Shown: positions 1-14,771, counted from the stretch's first letter. The stretch is 64,000 nucleotides of DNA from an uncultured Bifidobacteriaceae bacterium (GCA_964536285.1 CAZHXG010000009.1:2604-66603); one strand, 5' to 3'. Translations and numbers: made by a program. Notes: generated by a model from the sequence alone, not told the origin.

Positions 1-2458
<2,458 letters not shown>

Positions 2459-2485
2459 TTTTTAACTTCAGTCACGGAAAATTTT

Positions 2486-5107
<2,622 letters not shown>

Positions 5108-5812
5108 TCACGGCGCGAGCCGTTCCAGCTTCCACGAATTGTCCGGTTGTTTAGTGTATTGGAACCGGTCGTGCAAGCGGCTTGGCCGCCCCTGCCAGAA
5201 TTCAATCCGCTCCGGTCTCAAAACATAACCACCCCAATTCGGCGGCAGCGGCACGTCGCCGGGAAATTTCTTTTCCATCTCGCTCCACTTTGCTTCCAGC
5301 GCGGCTCGATCGGCGACAACATCGCTTTGATTCGAAGCCCAAGCCGCCAGTTGACTGCCGCGTGGACGCGATTTGAAATACTTTTCTGATTCTTCGCGTG
5401 AGATTTTTTGAATGGAACCTGCGACAGAAATCTGCCGCTCCAAATCCGCCCAGTAAAATGTGAGCGCGGCATTGGGATTTTCCGCAAGCTCCCGTCCTTT
5501 GCGACTATCGTAGTTCGTGAAAAAAATGAAACCGCGTCCATCAACGCCCTTGAGCAAGACCGAGCGGCTCGAAGGCCGTCCGTCCTTGTCCACCGTCGCG
5601 AGCGTCATCGCGTTGACGTCTGTCGGCGCATGACCAAGAATCGCGTGCCAGAGTTTGAAGAGGGCGATGCCGATTCGTCGCCAATACGAACCCGATTTTT
5701 CACCCGCAGCTTCTGCAAACCATTTTTCAAATTGCGCGATCGGATTCGCGTCCAACTCCGCGCGCTGCAAATCGCCGGGCGAATAGTCTCTTCTGATGTC
5801 CGCGATTTTCAT
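5108..5812 (-). CDS. pdxH: pyridoxamine 5'-phosphate oxidase
   Basis: 234 aa. The C-terminal motif IEFWQGRPSRLHDRFQY and the region ATVDKDGRPSSRSVLLKG are typical of PdxH. Confidence 0.9.
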   Translation of the reverse strand: MKIADIRRDYSPGDLQRAELDANPIAQFEKWFAEAAGEKSGSYWRRIGIALFKLWHAILGHAPTDVNAMTLATVDKDGRPSSRSVLLKGVDGRGFIFFTNYDSRKGRELAENPNAALTFYWADLERQISVAGSIQKISREESEKYFKSRPRGSQLAAWASNQSDVVADRAALEAKWSEMEKKFPGDVPLPPNWGGYVLRPERIEFWQGRPSRLHDRFQYTKQPDNSWKLERLAP

Positions 5813-5885
5813 AACGGAAGGAATTTATAACTTCAGAAATCTTTCAGCGACCTATTTTTATTGATGGGAGCAGCGCCCTGCGCTG

Positions 5886-6440
5886 TCACATCGCACGAAA
5901 AGCGGTCAGGCCGAGCAGAACGACGAACAGCGCGAACGTCAGCCGGATGATGCTGCCGATCTTTATGCGCGCTTCTGTCGCCGTCGCCCAGTTCAAGATG
6001 TCACGCAATTTCCACGGCGTGATGGTGAAACAGATTCCCATCACGATTAAAAAGTAAGCCCAGATTTGGATGACCAGAACCCAATGCGTTTCGCCCAGAT
6101 GCGGACGGCCGGTGTCCACCATCAATTTTCCGAGCAGCAACGCGACGACAGCGAGTCCGCGCACGGCCAGAAAATCCTGAACGTAAATGCACGACAAAAT
6201 TCCCACGGCGGCAAACGCGACCATCATGTAAGGTTTGAACGCGGAAAAATCGGCGATCGGCTCGATGTTCACGTTCCAGATAAACCACGCCGTGCCGAGC
6301 AGCATCAAAAAAATTCCGGCGGGCAGGTTGCGCGGAAATTTGCGCGCGGCGGCGGCGAATTTTTGCGGATTGGCGATTCCGTAAATCTGCGGAATGCTCA
6401 TTCCCGCGCCGAGCAAGATGGACAAAAGCGACAGTTTCAT
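5886..6440 (-). CDS. multi-pass membrane protein, unknown function
   Basis: 184 aa with about 5-6 hydrophobic segments. It is co-directional with and tightly spaced to its neighbours. Confidence 0.6.
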   Translation of the reverse strand: MKLSLLSILLGAGMSIPQIYGIANPQKFAAAARKFPRNLPAGIFLMLLGTAWFIWNVNIEPIADFSAFKPYMMVAFAAVGILSCIYVQDFLAVRGLAVVALLLGKLMVDTGRPHLGETHWVLVIQIWAYFLIVMGICFTITPWKLRDILNWATATEARIKIGSIIRLTFALFVVLLGLTAFRAM

Positions 6441-6497
6441 TTTTGAAAGCTAACCACGAATAGACACAAAAGGACATGAAAAATTCAATCTCAATGA

Positions 6498-7286
6498 TTA
6501 TTGAATTCTGTATTGAGAAGTCTCAAGCGTATCTGGATCGAAAAGTAAATAAAACGACTTTTCGTAATCCATCAATGGGCGACCCAGAACGGTTGGTATT
6601 CCTTCTTTTCTATTTGGCCAATAAATAGAATACGGCATCGTGTTCATGTGTTTATAAATTTTTAGAATTGCTGGAGGTCCGCCGATGGCCGGGTCGACTC
6701 CTTCTCGAATCATGTCACGCAGCACTTCAAAGGGTTCGTAGTCAAAGCCAATTCCCTTTGGCTTTTGCTTTTTCCGCAAGAGTGCCAATAATCTCCTCTT
6801 AAATTCTGGAATAGAATCTCCGACCATAGCGATTTGATTCCCATGCCAGCGAGTGGGAGTATGATGAACAAATTGCTTCGCCGAGCGTTTATAATAAAGA
6901 GTCCATATCTTAAATTGAGCAGTTGCCCATGAATAGCCGGCAAAAATAAATGTTATCTGTGGTGGCTCGTTTTTGTTTTTCGGTAAGTCATTAATCCAAT
7001 GTTGCATATTATTAAAAACACGCACTAGATGACCACGTAAGGGACCGATGTCCATCGCACGATTGCGAGACTTTGGAAACATTTCAACAGCATTTAAAAC
7101 CTGATGTATCATCGGATAGGCATAATGAGTGTCTCCAGCAAAGGCCAAAGCAGAATCCCCTCTCGGAAGTGGAAAAATCTTTGCGCAGCCGTCCCAAGCC
7201 TTGCCGAATCGCAATCTACTATCTGAAGCAACTATAAGTTCTTCAGTGTTCTGTATTTTACGAATCCAAGCGAGTGATAGAGTCAT
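6498..7286 (-). CDS. proteasome-beta/HslV-like Ntn hydrolase family protein (orphan)
   Basis: 262 aa. The N-terminus MTLSLAWIRK..ELIVASDSRL..CAKIFPL..ALAFAGDTHYAYP matches the Thr1 / Asp17-like / Lys33-like / AG-x-x-D pattern of T1 peptidases. The gene is visibly low in G+C. Confidence 0.6.
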   Translation of the reverse strand: MTLSLAWIRKIQNTEELIVASDSRLRFGKAWDGCAKIFPLPRGDSALAFAGDTHYAYPMIHQVLNAVEMFPKSRNRAMDIGPLRGHLVRVFNNMQHWINDLPKNKNEPPQITFIFAGYSWATAQFKIWTLYYKRSAKQFVHHTPTRWHGNQIAMVGDSIPEFKRRLLALLRKKQKPKGIGFDYEPFEVLRDMIREGVDPAIGGPPAILKIYKHMNTMPYSIYWPNRKEGIPTVLGRPLMDYEKSFYLLFDPDTLETSQYRIQ

Positions 7287-7292
7287 AACATT

Positions 7293-8648
7293 CTATAAAT
7301 TCACAATCGCAGGGTCGCCGTAAAGCGTGAAGGAACCGACGCGCGTGATCTTCAAATCCATGATCTGGCCGCGATGACGTTCGCTGCCATCGAACAAAAC
7401 AATCTTGTTGCAGCGCGTGCGGCCGGACATCCGCGCCGCGTTTTTCTTGCTCGGCCCTTCCACCAGAATCTGCGTCTGCCGCCCGATGAAATTTTCATAT
7501 TTGCGCGCGCCGATTTCGTTGATGGTTTCGAGCAACCGCTGATTCCGTTCCTCGCGGATTTTTTGCGGAACTTGATCCGGCATTTCGGCGGCGGGCGTGT
7601 CGCGGCGTTGCGAGTATTTGAAGATGTAGGCGTTGTCGAATTCCACTTCGCGCGCGAGCGAGAGTGTTTCTTCAAAATCATTTTTCGTCTCGCCGGGAAA
7701 GCCGACGATGATGTCGGTGGTAATGCCGATGTGCGGCTTGGCGCGGCGCAATTTTTGGATGATGCCGAGAAATTTTTCGCGCGTGTAGCCGCGGTGCATG
7801 AGTTTCAGAACGCGGTCGCTGCCGCTTTGGACGGGAATGTGCGCGCTCTCGCAGAGCTTCGGCAGACGCGCGTAGGCGTCGATCAAATCGTCGCCGTAAC
7901 CTTTCGGATGCGGCGAGGTGAAGCGGATACGTTCGAGTCCTTCGATTTCGTGAACGGCTTCGAGGAGTTGGACGAAGGGAGAAAGTGATGAGTCGCGTTT
8001 TCCGTAGCTCGTCACAATCTGGCCGAGCAAGGTGATTTCCTTCACGCCGCGTGAAACGAGTTCGCGGCATTCGGCGACGATGTCGGGAATCGTGCGGCTG
8101 CGTTCTTCGCCGCGCGTGTAAGGCACGATGCAAAAAGTGCAGTATTGATTGCAGCCTTGCATGATGCTGACGAATGCGCTGACGGATTTTTGGGCAGTGC
8201 CGTTGAGAATGTGTTCGCGAATCGTCGCCTCGCTCCCCTGCTCTTCCGCGACATCCACAATTTTTTTACGCGCGCCGGAAATGATTTCGTCAAGGCAATC
8301 CGACGCGCGATGAAATTTCTGCGTGCCGAGAACCAAATCCACATCGGGCAGTTTATCAATCAGTTCCTGTCCGCGGCTTTGCGCCATGCAGCCCATGAAA
8401 CCGAGCACGACATCAGGACGGTTCTTGCGCACGTCGGCAGCAAGGTTCTGCATTTTGCCGATGGCTTTTTGTTCCGCGAAATCACGCACGCTGCATGTGT
8501 TGAGCAGAATCACGTCCGCCGTTTTTTCCGACGGCGCGAGTTTATAGCCTTTGGCGACGAGCTGGGCGGCGACGGCTTCGCTGTCGCGCTCGTTCATCTG
8601 GCAACCGTAAGTCTTGATGAAAACACTCGGCATTTCTTCAGGAATCAA
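7293..8648 (-). CDS. miaB: tRNA-i6A37 methylthiotransferase
   Basis: 451 aa. The UPF0004 N-terminal domain reads FIKTYGCQMNERDSE. The radical-SAM motif CNQYCTFC and a C-terminal TRAM domain are present. Confidence 0.93.
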   Translation of the reverse strand: MIPEEMPSVFIKTYGCQMNERDSEAVAAQLVAKGYKLAPSEKTADVILLNTCSVRDFAEQKAIGKMQNLAADVRKNRPDVVLGFMGCMAQSRGQELIDKLPDVDLVLGTQKFHRASDCLDEIISGARKKIVDVAEEQGSEATIREHILNGTAQKSVSAFVSIMQGCNQYCTFCIVPYTRGEERSRTIPDIVAECRELVSRGVKEITLLGQIVTSYGKRDSSLSPFVQLLEAVHEIEGLERIRFTSPHPKGYGDDLIDAYARLPKLCESAHIPVQSGSDRVLKLMHRGYTREKFLGIIQKLRRAKPHIGITTDIIVGFPGETKNDFEETLSLAREVEFDNAYIFKYSQRRDTPAAEMPDQVPQKIREERNQRLLETINEIGARKYENFIGRQTQILVEGPSKKNAARMSGRTRCNKIVLFDGSERHRGQIMDLKITRVGSFTLYGDPAIVNL

Positions 8649-8724
8649 AGTAAGTTGTTGGAATGGTTTTGAAAAGGCGGAAAGATAATGGAGGAGACAA
8701 ATTAATTTTAATTTTTCACAAAAT

Positions 8725-8753
8725 TTGACTAGCCAGTTTGAACAAACTAAGTT
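8725..8753 (+). promoter_or_regulatory. candidate sigma70-type promoter (TTGACT-17 nt-TAAGTT)
   Basis: The hexamers lie at 8725-8730 and 8748-8753 with a 17-nt spacer, about 80 nt upstream of the DUF465 gene. This is sequence pattern only. Confidence 0.25.
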
Positions 8754-8830
8754 CTATTTGAATCGAATCAAGGTCATGGCAACGAAGAGCACAGTTCGAC
8801 GACCACCAACCTTCAACCGGAGGAATCCCA

Positions 8831-9085
8831 ATGGATATACATCACCCGTTCGTAACGGAATTCCCTGAACATCGCGAGACCATCCGCTCGCTCAAGCTGG
8901 CGGATGCGAAATTTCGCGCGATGTTCGATGAGTATCACCAGCTCGACGACGAAATCTGCCGCATCGAGGAGGAAATCGAGTTCGCCACCGACCAGCAGAT
9001 TGATGAACTCAAATTCAAGCGCGCGAAACTGAAGGACTCACTTTACGCCGCTGTGCGCAAAAGCGAAGCCGCGCTCGTTCACTGA
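8831..9085 (+). CDS. DUF465 (YdcH-like) small protein
   Basis: 84 aa. LKLADAKFRAMFDEYHQLDDEICRIEE is typical of the DUF465 family. Confidence 0.8.
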   Translation: MDIHHPFVTEFPEHRETIRSLKLADAKFRAMFDEYHQLDDEICRIEEEIEFATDQQIDELKFKRAKLKDSLYAAVRKSEAALVH

Positions 9086-9119
9086 AAATTTTTTGCGGAC
9101 GCCGCGAACTGAAACCGCG

Positions 9120-11210
9120 TCAATGCGGCTCGTGATTAGCTTTACGTTTTTTAGCTTCCTCAATCACTTTGTCCGCCGTGTCGCGCGGCATTTCCTCGTA
9201 GTGACTGAATTCTTCCGCATGTACGCCGCGCCCACCGGTGAGCGAACGGAGAATGCTTGAATAATGATAAAGGTCCTTCGCGGGGACGTGCGCCTTGATG
9301 ACTTGAAAGCCGCCGTCGGTATCAATGCCGAGAATTTTTCCGCGACGGCTGGACAAATCGCCCATCACCTTGCCCATGCAATCCTCGGGAATGCGGATTT
9401 CCACAGTGTCAATCGGCTCGAGCAGACACGGACGCGCATTCGTGAACGCTTCCTTGAACGCAAAGTAACCGGCGATCTGAAACGCGATGTCCTTTGAATC
9501 CACCGGATGCATCTTGCCGTCGTAAAAATCAATCTTCACATCAACGACGCGGCAACCGGCTAAAATTCCTTCCGTGCATGCCTGGTTCACACCTTTCTCG
9601 ACCGACGGCACGAACACGCGGTCCACATTCTGGCCGACGAGCGAGTTGGTGAACTCCAGTCCGGTATCACGAGGTTTCGGTTCGATGCGCATCCAGACCT
9701 CGGCGAATTGCCCCGCGCCGCCGGTTTGTTTCTTGTGGCGGTATTTTGAATCGGCCTTCGCCTTGATGGTTTCGCGATAACGCACGCGCGGCTCGGTCAG
9801 TTCGACATGGACATTATGACGGCGGCGCAAACGGTCGGCCACGACTTCAAGATGCAGTTCGCCTTGCGCAGAAATGATCGTCTGATGCAGTTCCGAATCC
9901 ACAAAATAAATGAATGTCGGGTCTTCCTCGTGCAACGCCGCAAGACCGGAGGCGATTTTATCTTCTTCGCCTTTCACTTTCGCCACAAGCGACGCGTGGA
10001 TGTTCGGTTTGGGATAAATCACTTTCGCCAATGTTAAAGGGCGTTTCGCGCTGCAAAGCGTGTTGCCGGTGTGCGTGTCCTTGAGTTTAACCACCGTGCC
10101 GATGTCGCCTGCGCCAAGCGTTTGAACGGCCTCGCGATTCTGACCATTGAGCAAATAAATCTGCCCGATGCGTTCGTTCACCTTGCGGTCGCTGTTGAAC
10201 AAGTCCATGCCGGTCGAAACCGAACCGGCATAAACTCGAAAAAATGACAGCTCGCCAAAATGAGCTTCGGACATCGTCTTGAAAACGTAAGCCACGGTCT
10301 CGGCATCATCCAACGCCACTTCTTTTTCCGCACCGTTTACATCGATGGCTTTTACCTTGCGACGATCGACCGGCGACGAGCCGTATTTGGCGATGAAATC
10401 CATCATCCTTGCGACGCCGATGTTGTTTTCCGCCGACACGCAAAAAAGAGGAATGAACAATTCCTTCTGCACCGCCGCATGAATCCCACCGCGAAATTCC
10501 TCTTCCGATAAACCGCCCTGCTCAAAATATTTGTTCATCAATCCGTCGTCCGACTCGGCGATGTGCTCGATCAATTCGCGATGCAATTCCTTGGCTTTGG
10601 TTTCCCATTCACCGGTCGCCGGTTCTTCCTTGTATTTACCGCTGGAATCCGTTGCATAGGTCACGATTTCACTGCGCAACACATCCAACGTCCGGTTGAA
10701 GCCCGGACCGAGATTTATCGGGACGCTCAACGGAAAAACGTGTCGGCCAAACCGTTCCTGTAATTGCCGGAGCATGGAATCGAAGTCCACGTTCTCCCTG
10801 TCCACCGCGTTGACGACGATCATTTTTGGAATGCCATAGGTCGTCGCGTAATTCCACACGCGTTCGGTGCCGACACCGATGCCATGACTGGCGTGAACGA
10901 CCACGAGCGCGAAATCGCCGACGCGCAACGCGCCCAATCCTTCGCTGATAAAATCGAGATAGCCGGGCGTGTCGATCATGTTGAGTTTTTTTTCCAGCCA
11001 TTCCGTGTGCAATAAGGAAGCCGAGACTGAAATTTTCCGCTGCTTCTCGCTCACATGATAGTCGGAAACCGTTGAGCCGTCCGCGATCCGTCCCATGCGC
11101 GAGGTGACGCCGCCGCATGCAAGCATCGCCTCGGCCAGCATGGTCTTGCCCGAAGAAGCGTGCCCGACGATGGCGAAGTTTCGTATGTCTGCTGGTGGAT
11201 AGGTTTTCAT
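9120..11210 (-). CDS. elongation factor G family GTPase (paralogue outside the str operon)
   Basis: 696 aa. G1 is AIVGHASSGKT and G3 is DTPGY. EF-G domains II-V are recognisable. No rpsL, rpsG or tuf genes are nearby. Confidence 0.88.
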   Translation of the reverse strand: MKTYPPADIRNFAIVGHASSGKTMLAEAMLACGGVTSRMGRIADGSTVSDYHVSEKQRKISVSASLLHTEWLEKKLNMIDTPGYLDFISEGLGALRVGDFALVVVHASHGIGVGTERVWNYATTYGIPKMIVVNAVDRENVDFDSMLRQLQERFGRHVFPLSVPINLGPGFNRTLDVLRSEIVTYATDSSGKYKEEPATGEWETKAKELHRELIEHIAESDDGLMNKYFEQGGLSEEEFRGGIHAAVQKELFIPLFCVSAENNIGVARMMDFIAKYGSSPVDRRKVKAIDVNGAEKEVALDDAETVAYVFKTMSEAHFGELSFFRVYAGSVSTGMDLFNSDRKVNERIGQIYLLNGQNREAVQTLGAGDIGTVVKLKDTHTGNTLCSAKRPLTLAKVIYPKPNIHASLVAKVKGEEDKIASGLAALHEEDPTFIYFVDSELHQTIISAQGELHLEVVADRLRRRHNVHVELTEPRVRYRETIKAKADSKYRHKKQTGGAGQFAEVWMRIEPKPRDTGLEFTNSLVGQNVDRVFVPSVEKGVNQACTEGILAGCRVVDVKIDFYDGKMHPVDSKDIAFQIAGYFAFKEAFTNARPCLLEPIDTVEIRIPEDCMGKVMGDLSSRRGKILGIDTDGGFQVIKAHVPAKDLYHYSSILRSLTGGRGVHAEEFSHYEEMPRDTADKVIEEAKKRKANHEPH

Positions 11211-11438
11211 AATTCAAGGGCGCTTATCATTCACAAACTCTGAGGTGTAAGAGTGCAAATGGGAAAATGATAATTTGAAGAAGGCAATCCCGCACATGTC
11301 GGCACGCTTTTTCATCAAGACAATTTAAGCAAAAAATCATGACAGATGCAACCGCTTGCGGGCGGGCACAAAACTTGTATCTTCTGCGTGCGATAGGGTG
11401 GCTTGGTTTATGCTACCGAAGTAAAATTGAATCGCGCC

Positions 11439-13817
11439 ATGCAATCCGAACCGTTGAAAATTTTATTCATTGGAAATGACGCGCAACTTGTGCGCGCCGT
11501 GGGAGAATTGCTGCGCAAGATCGGCCCCGTTGAATTCAACGCCGAGACGACGCTCGACGCCGGCTTTGCGGCGCTGAAAAAAAAATCTTTCAACGCCGTC
11601 CTGTTTGAACTTCCCAGCGCGAATGTCGCCGGTCTGTTCCATGTCACGGCGCTGGCTGTCAAAATTCCGCGCGTGCCGGTCATCGTTTTTGGTTCGACAA
11701 GCGACGAGGAATTCGCGGTGGAAGCGGTTCGTGCCGGCGCGCAGGATTACCTGGTCAAGGGACAATTCGACGCCGCCGTGTTGCATCGCACCATCCGTTA
11801 CGCGATTGAGCGCCAGCAGGAGCGCGTCACGCTGGTCAAGGAAAAGGAAGATTACTACGGCCTTTTTGATCATCTTGTCGAAGGAATTTTTCGCACGACG
11901 ATTGACGGACATTATGTGCTGGCGAACGTGGCGCTGGCACGCATCTATGGTTACAAATCGCCGATCGAGTTGATGGCGAGCATCACGGACATCGGGCGCA
12001 ACCTGTATGTCAAACCGGAGCGGCGCGATGAATTTGTCCAATTGATGCAGATGCACGACACCATCACCGACTTCAAATCGGAGATTTATCGCAAAGACGG
12101 CAGCGTCATCTGGATTGCAGAAAACTGCCGTGCCGTCCGCGATGCGAACGGCAAGTTGCTTTACTACGAAGGCACGGTCGAAGACATTACACATGGCCGG
12201 CAAACAGAATTAAATCTGCGGAATTCGGAATCGCTTTATCACTCGCTGGTGGAAACGATGCCGCAAAACGTTTTTCGCAAGGACTTGAAAGGCCGCTTCA
12301 CTTTCGCCAACAAACAATATTGCAAACATTACAACTGCAAACTCGAAGACATCCTAGGCAAAACCGACTTCGATTTCTTCCCGAAGGAATTGGCGGAGAA
12401 ATACACCAAAGACGACGAGCGCGTGTTGGAGACCGGACAGACCTACGAAATCGTCGAGGATCACCAACCTTTGGGACAGGAGATGACCACAACGCAGGTC
12501 GTGAAAACCCCGCTCTATGGAGCCGACGGAAAAATCATCGGCTTGCAGGGAATTTTTTGGGACGTCACCGAGCAGCGTCAGATGGAGGAAAGCCTGCGAA
12601 ATTCGGAATCACTCTATCACTCACTGGTGGAAACGATGCCGCAAAACGTTTTTCGCAAGGACTTGAAAGGCCGCTTCACTTTCGCCAACAAACAATATTG
12701 CAAACATTACAACTGCAAACTCGAAGACATCCTAGGCAAAACCGACTTCGATTTCTTCCCGAAGGAATTGGCGGAGAAATACACCAAAGACGACGAGCGC
12801 GTGTTGGAGACCGGACAGACCTACGAAATCGTCGAGGAGCATCATCCGTTGGGACAGGAAAAAACCATCGTGCAGGTCGTGAAAACCCCGCTCTATGGCG
12901 CCGGCGGAAAAATCATCGGCTTGCAGGGAATTTTTTGGGACGTCACCGAGCAACGTCTGGCCGAAGAGCGGATTCGTGCGGCGAACACGGCGCTGTCTTT
13001 AAGCCGTGAAGAGTTGCGCGCCAAAAACCAGCTCATGCAGGAGAGCTTGCGGATGGCGCACGAAATCCAACTCACGATGCTGCCGCAGCAATATCCCGTT
13101 TTTCCACACACCATCGCGCCGGGAAAAAGCGCATTTCAATTCGCACACCGTTATCACCCGGCGGAAACCGTCAGCGGCGACTTCTTCAGCATTTCACAGC
13201 TTTCGGACAACGAAGTCGGAGTGTTCATCTGCGATGTGACCGGACACGGCGTGCGCGCCGCGCTCGTCACGGCCATGATTCGCGCGCTGGTCGAGGAATT
13301 GAAACCCATCGCACATGATCCGGGAATGTTTTTGCGCAAACTCAATTCGGATCTGTGCGTCATCCTCAAAACCACCGGCACACCGATGCTTACCACGGCG
13401 TTTTATCTCACGGCAAACTGGGAAACCGGCGTCATGCGCTTCGCCAACGCCGGACATCCGAAACCGCTCCTCATTCGTCGCTCGGCCGGCAAAGTCGAAC
13501 CGCTTGTAAATGCCTCCGGCCGCAGTCAGCCCGCGCTCGGCCTCTTCGACGATCCACCGTACCAAGCGTCCGAGACGACCATCGTGCCCGGCGATTTTGC
13601 GATGCTCTTCACCGACGGCCTTTACGAAGTACAGGGACCGAATGAGGAATTGTACTCGCAGGAACGATTGATGCTGGATGTGCAGAATCTCATCAACAAA
13701 CCAGCCGGTTTGTTGTTCGACGATCTGTTGGAAGCCGTCCGCGCATTTTCCGTCAGCCACGAATTCGAAGACGACGTCTGCCTCGTCGGAATGGAATTCA
13801 CCGGAAAGCCGAAATAA
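11439..13817 (+). CDS. receiver - PAS x3 - PP2C/SpoIIE phosphatase signalling protein
   Basis: I prefer the ATG at 11439 (MQSEPLKILFIGND) over the TTG at 11403 given in the ORF track. The order is an N-terminal REC-like domain, PAS modules, then a C-terminal SpoIIE-type region with SGDFF and FTDGLYE. Confidence 0.85.
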   Translation: MQSEPLKILFIGNDAQLVRAVGELLRKIGPVEFNAETTLDAGFAALKKKSFNAVLFELPSANVAGLFHVTALAVKIPRVPVIVFGSTSDEEFAVEAVRAGAQDYLVKGQFDAAVLHRTIRYAIERQQERVTLVKEKEDYYGLFDHLVEGIFRTTIDGHYVLANVALARIYGYKSPIELMASITDIGRNLYVKPERRDEFVQLMQMHDTITDFKSEIYRKDGSVIWIAENCRAVRDANGKLLYYEGTVEDITHGRQTELNLRNSESLYHSLVETMPQNVFRKDLKGRFTFANKQYCKHYNCKLEDILGKTDFDFFPKELAEKYTKDDERVLETGQTYEIVEDHQPLGQEMTTTQVVKTPLYGADGKIIGLQGIFWDVTEQRQMEESLRNSESLYHSLVETMPQNVFRKDLKGRFTFANKQYCKHYNCKLEDILGKTDFDFFPKELAEKYTKDDERVLETGQTYEIVEEHHPLGQEKTIVQVVKTPLYGAGGKIIGLQGIFWDVTEQRLAEERIRAANTALSLSREELRAKNQLMQESLRMAHEIQLTMLPQQYPVFPHTIAPGKSAFQFAHRYHPAETVSGDFFSISQLSDNEVGVFICDVTGHGVRAALVTAMIRALVEELKPIAHDPGMFLRKLNSDLCVILKTTGTPMLTTAFYLTANWETGVMRFANAGHPKPLLIRRSAGKVEPLVNASGRSQPALGLFDDPPYQASETTIVPGDFAMLFTDGLYEVQGPNEELYSQERLMLDVQNLINKPAGLLFDDLLEAVRAFSVSHEFEDDVCLVGMEFTGKPK
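12216..12971 (+). repeat. 378-bp tandem duplication (2 copies) encoding a 126-aa PAS module
   Basis: Copy 1 spans 12216-12593 and copy 2 spans 12594-12971. Nucleotides 12246-12460 are identical base for base to the matching stretch of copy 2, and the flanks differ at scattered positions. Confidence 0.95.
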
Positions 13818-13820
13818 ATT

Positions 13821-14771
13821 TCAGGTCCGGCTTTTTACATCCCATGCGTCACGCAGGCCGTCGCCGAGAAAATTGAGCGCGAGCAGGGTCGTCACCAGCA
13901 TGCCGCCGGGAAAAACAATAAGCCACCAATAAACGCGGATCGGATTGATTTGCCCGACGCCTTCGGCGACGAGTGTTCCCCAACTCGCCATCGGCGGTTC
14001 GACACCTAAGCCGAGGAAACTTAAAAACGATTCGTAAAGAATGATGGCGGGCATCGTGAGTGCGAGGTAGGTGATGACGATGCCAAAAATATTGGGGATG
14101 ATGTGACGCGCCAGAATTCGCGCCGGTTTTGCGCCGAGCGCGCGGCTCGCCTCAACAAACGCGCGCGTCCGCAGCGACAAAACCTGTCCGCGAACGATTC
14201 GCGCCATCGTCAGCCACGAAATCGCGCCAAGACCGACGAACAAAAGCATCACGCGAAGCCGGCTTTCAAGCGCCGGTGAATTTTCGACGAAGTGCGACTG
14301 TTTCAAAAGTTCACCGAGGGTTGTCAGCAAGACAATGACGAAGATGATTGAAGGCAGCGAGTAAAGAACATCCACGATTCGCATCAAAAAACCATCCACT
14401 CGTCCACCGACATAACCGGCAATCGCGCCCCACAAGACACCGATCACCAGACTGACCATCGTTCCGACCACGCCGACGAGCAGTGAAACTTGCGCGCCGA
14501 AAAGCACGCGCGAAAAAAGGTCGCGGCCGTGAACGTCCGTGCCGAACCAATGCCGGGCGTCCGGCGGAGAAAACTGCTCGTCGGAGAGTTGGTTGGGATT
14601 GTGCAATTGCGCGAAATTCGTTCCGCTGATTTTCAAAATGATCGGCCACGCGACAATCGCAAGCAGCAGCAGGGCGAGAAACCACGCGCTCAAAACCGCT
14701 TGGCGATTTTTTTTGAACCGCCGCCACGCGCGCTGGTTGGGCGAAAGGTGTTGTTGGATTTTTTCACTCAT
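13821..14771 (-). CDS. ABC transporter permease (OppC/DppC type)
   Basis: 316 aa. It has a BPD-transporter EAA-like region (AFVEASRALGAKPARILARHIIPN) and multiple TM segments. Confidence 0.9.
   Translation of the reverse strand: MSEKIQQHLSPNQRAWRRFKKNRQAVLSAWFLALLLLAIVAWPIILKISGTNFAQLHNPNQLSDEQFSPPDARHWFGTDVHGRDLFSRVLFGAQVSLLVGVVGTMVSLVIGVLWGAIAGYVGGRVDGFLMRIVDVLYSLPSIIFVIVLLTTLGELLKQSHFVENSPALESRLRVMLLFVGLGAISWLTMARIVRGQVLSLRTRAFVEASRALGAKPARILARHIIPNIFGIVITYLALTMPAIILYESFLSFLGLGVEPPMASWGTLVAEGVGQINPIRVYWWLIVFPGGMLVTTLLALNFLGDGLRDAWDVKSRT

Noticed and set aside
12320-13009. A 229-aa alternative-frame ORF with an internal repeat inside the PAS region.
   Set aside because: The repeat is a by-product of the 378-bp DNA duplication. 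The translation is Arg-rich nonsense, while the annotated frame gives canonical PAS sequence.
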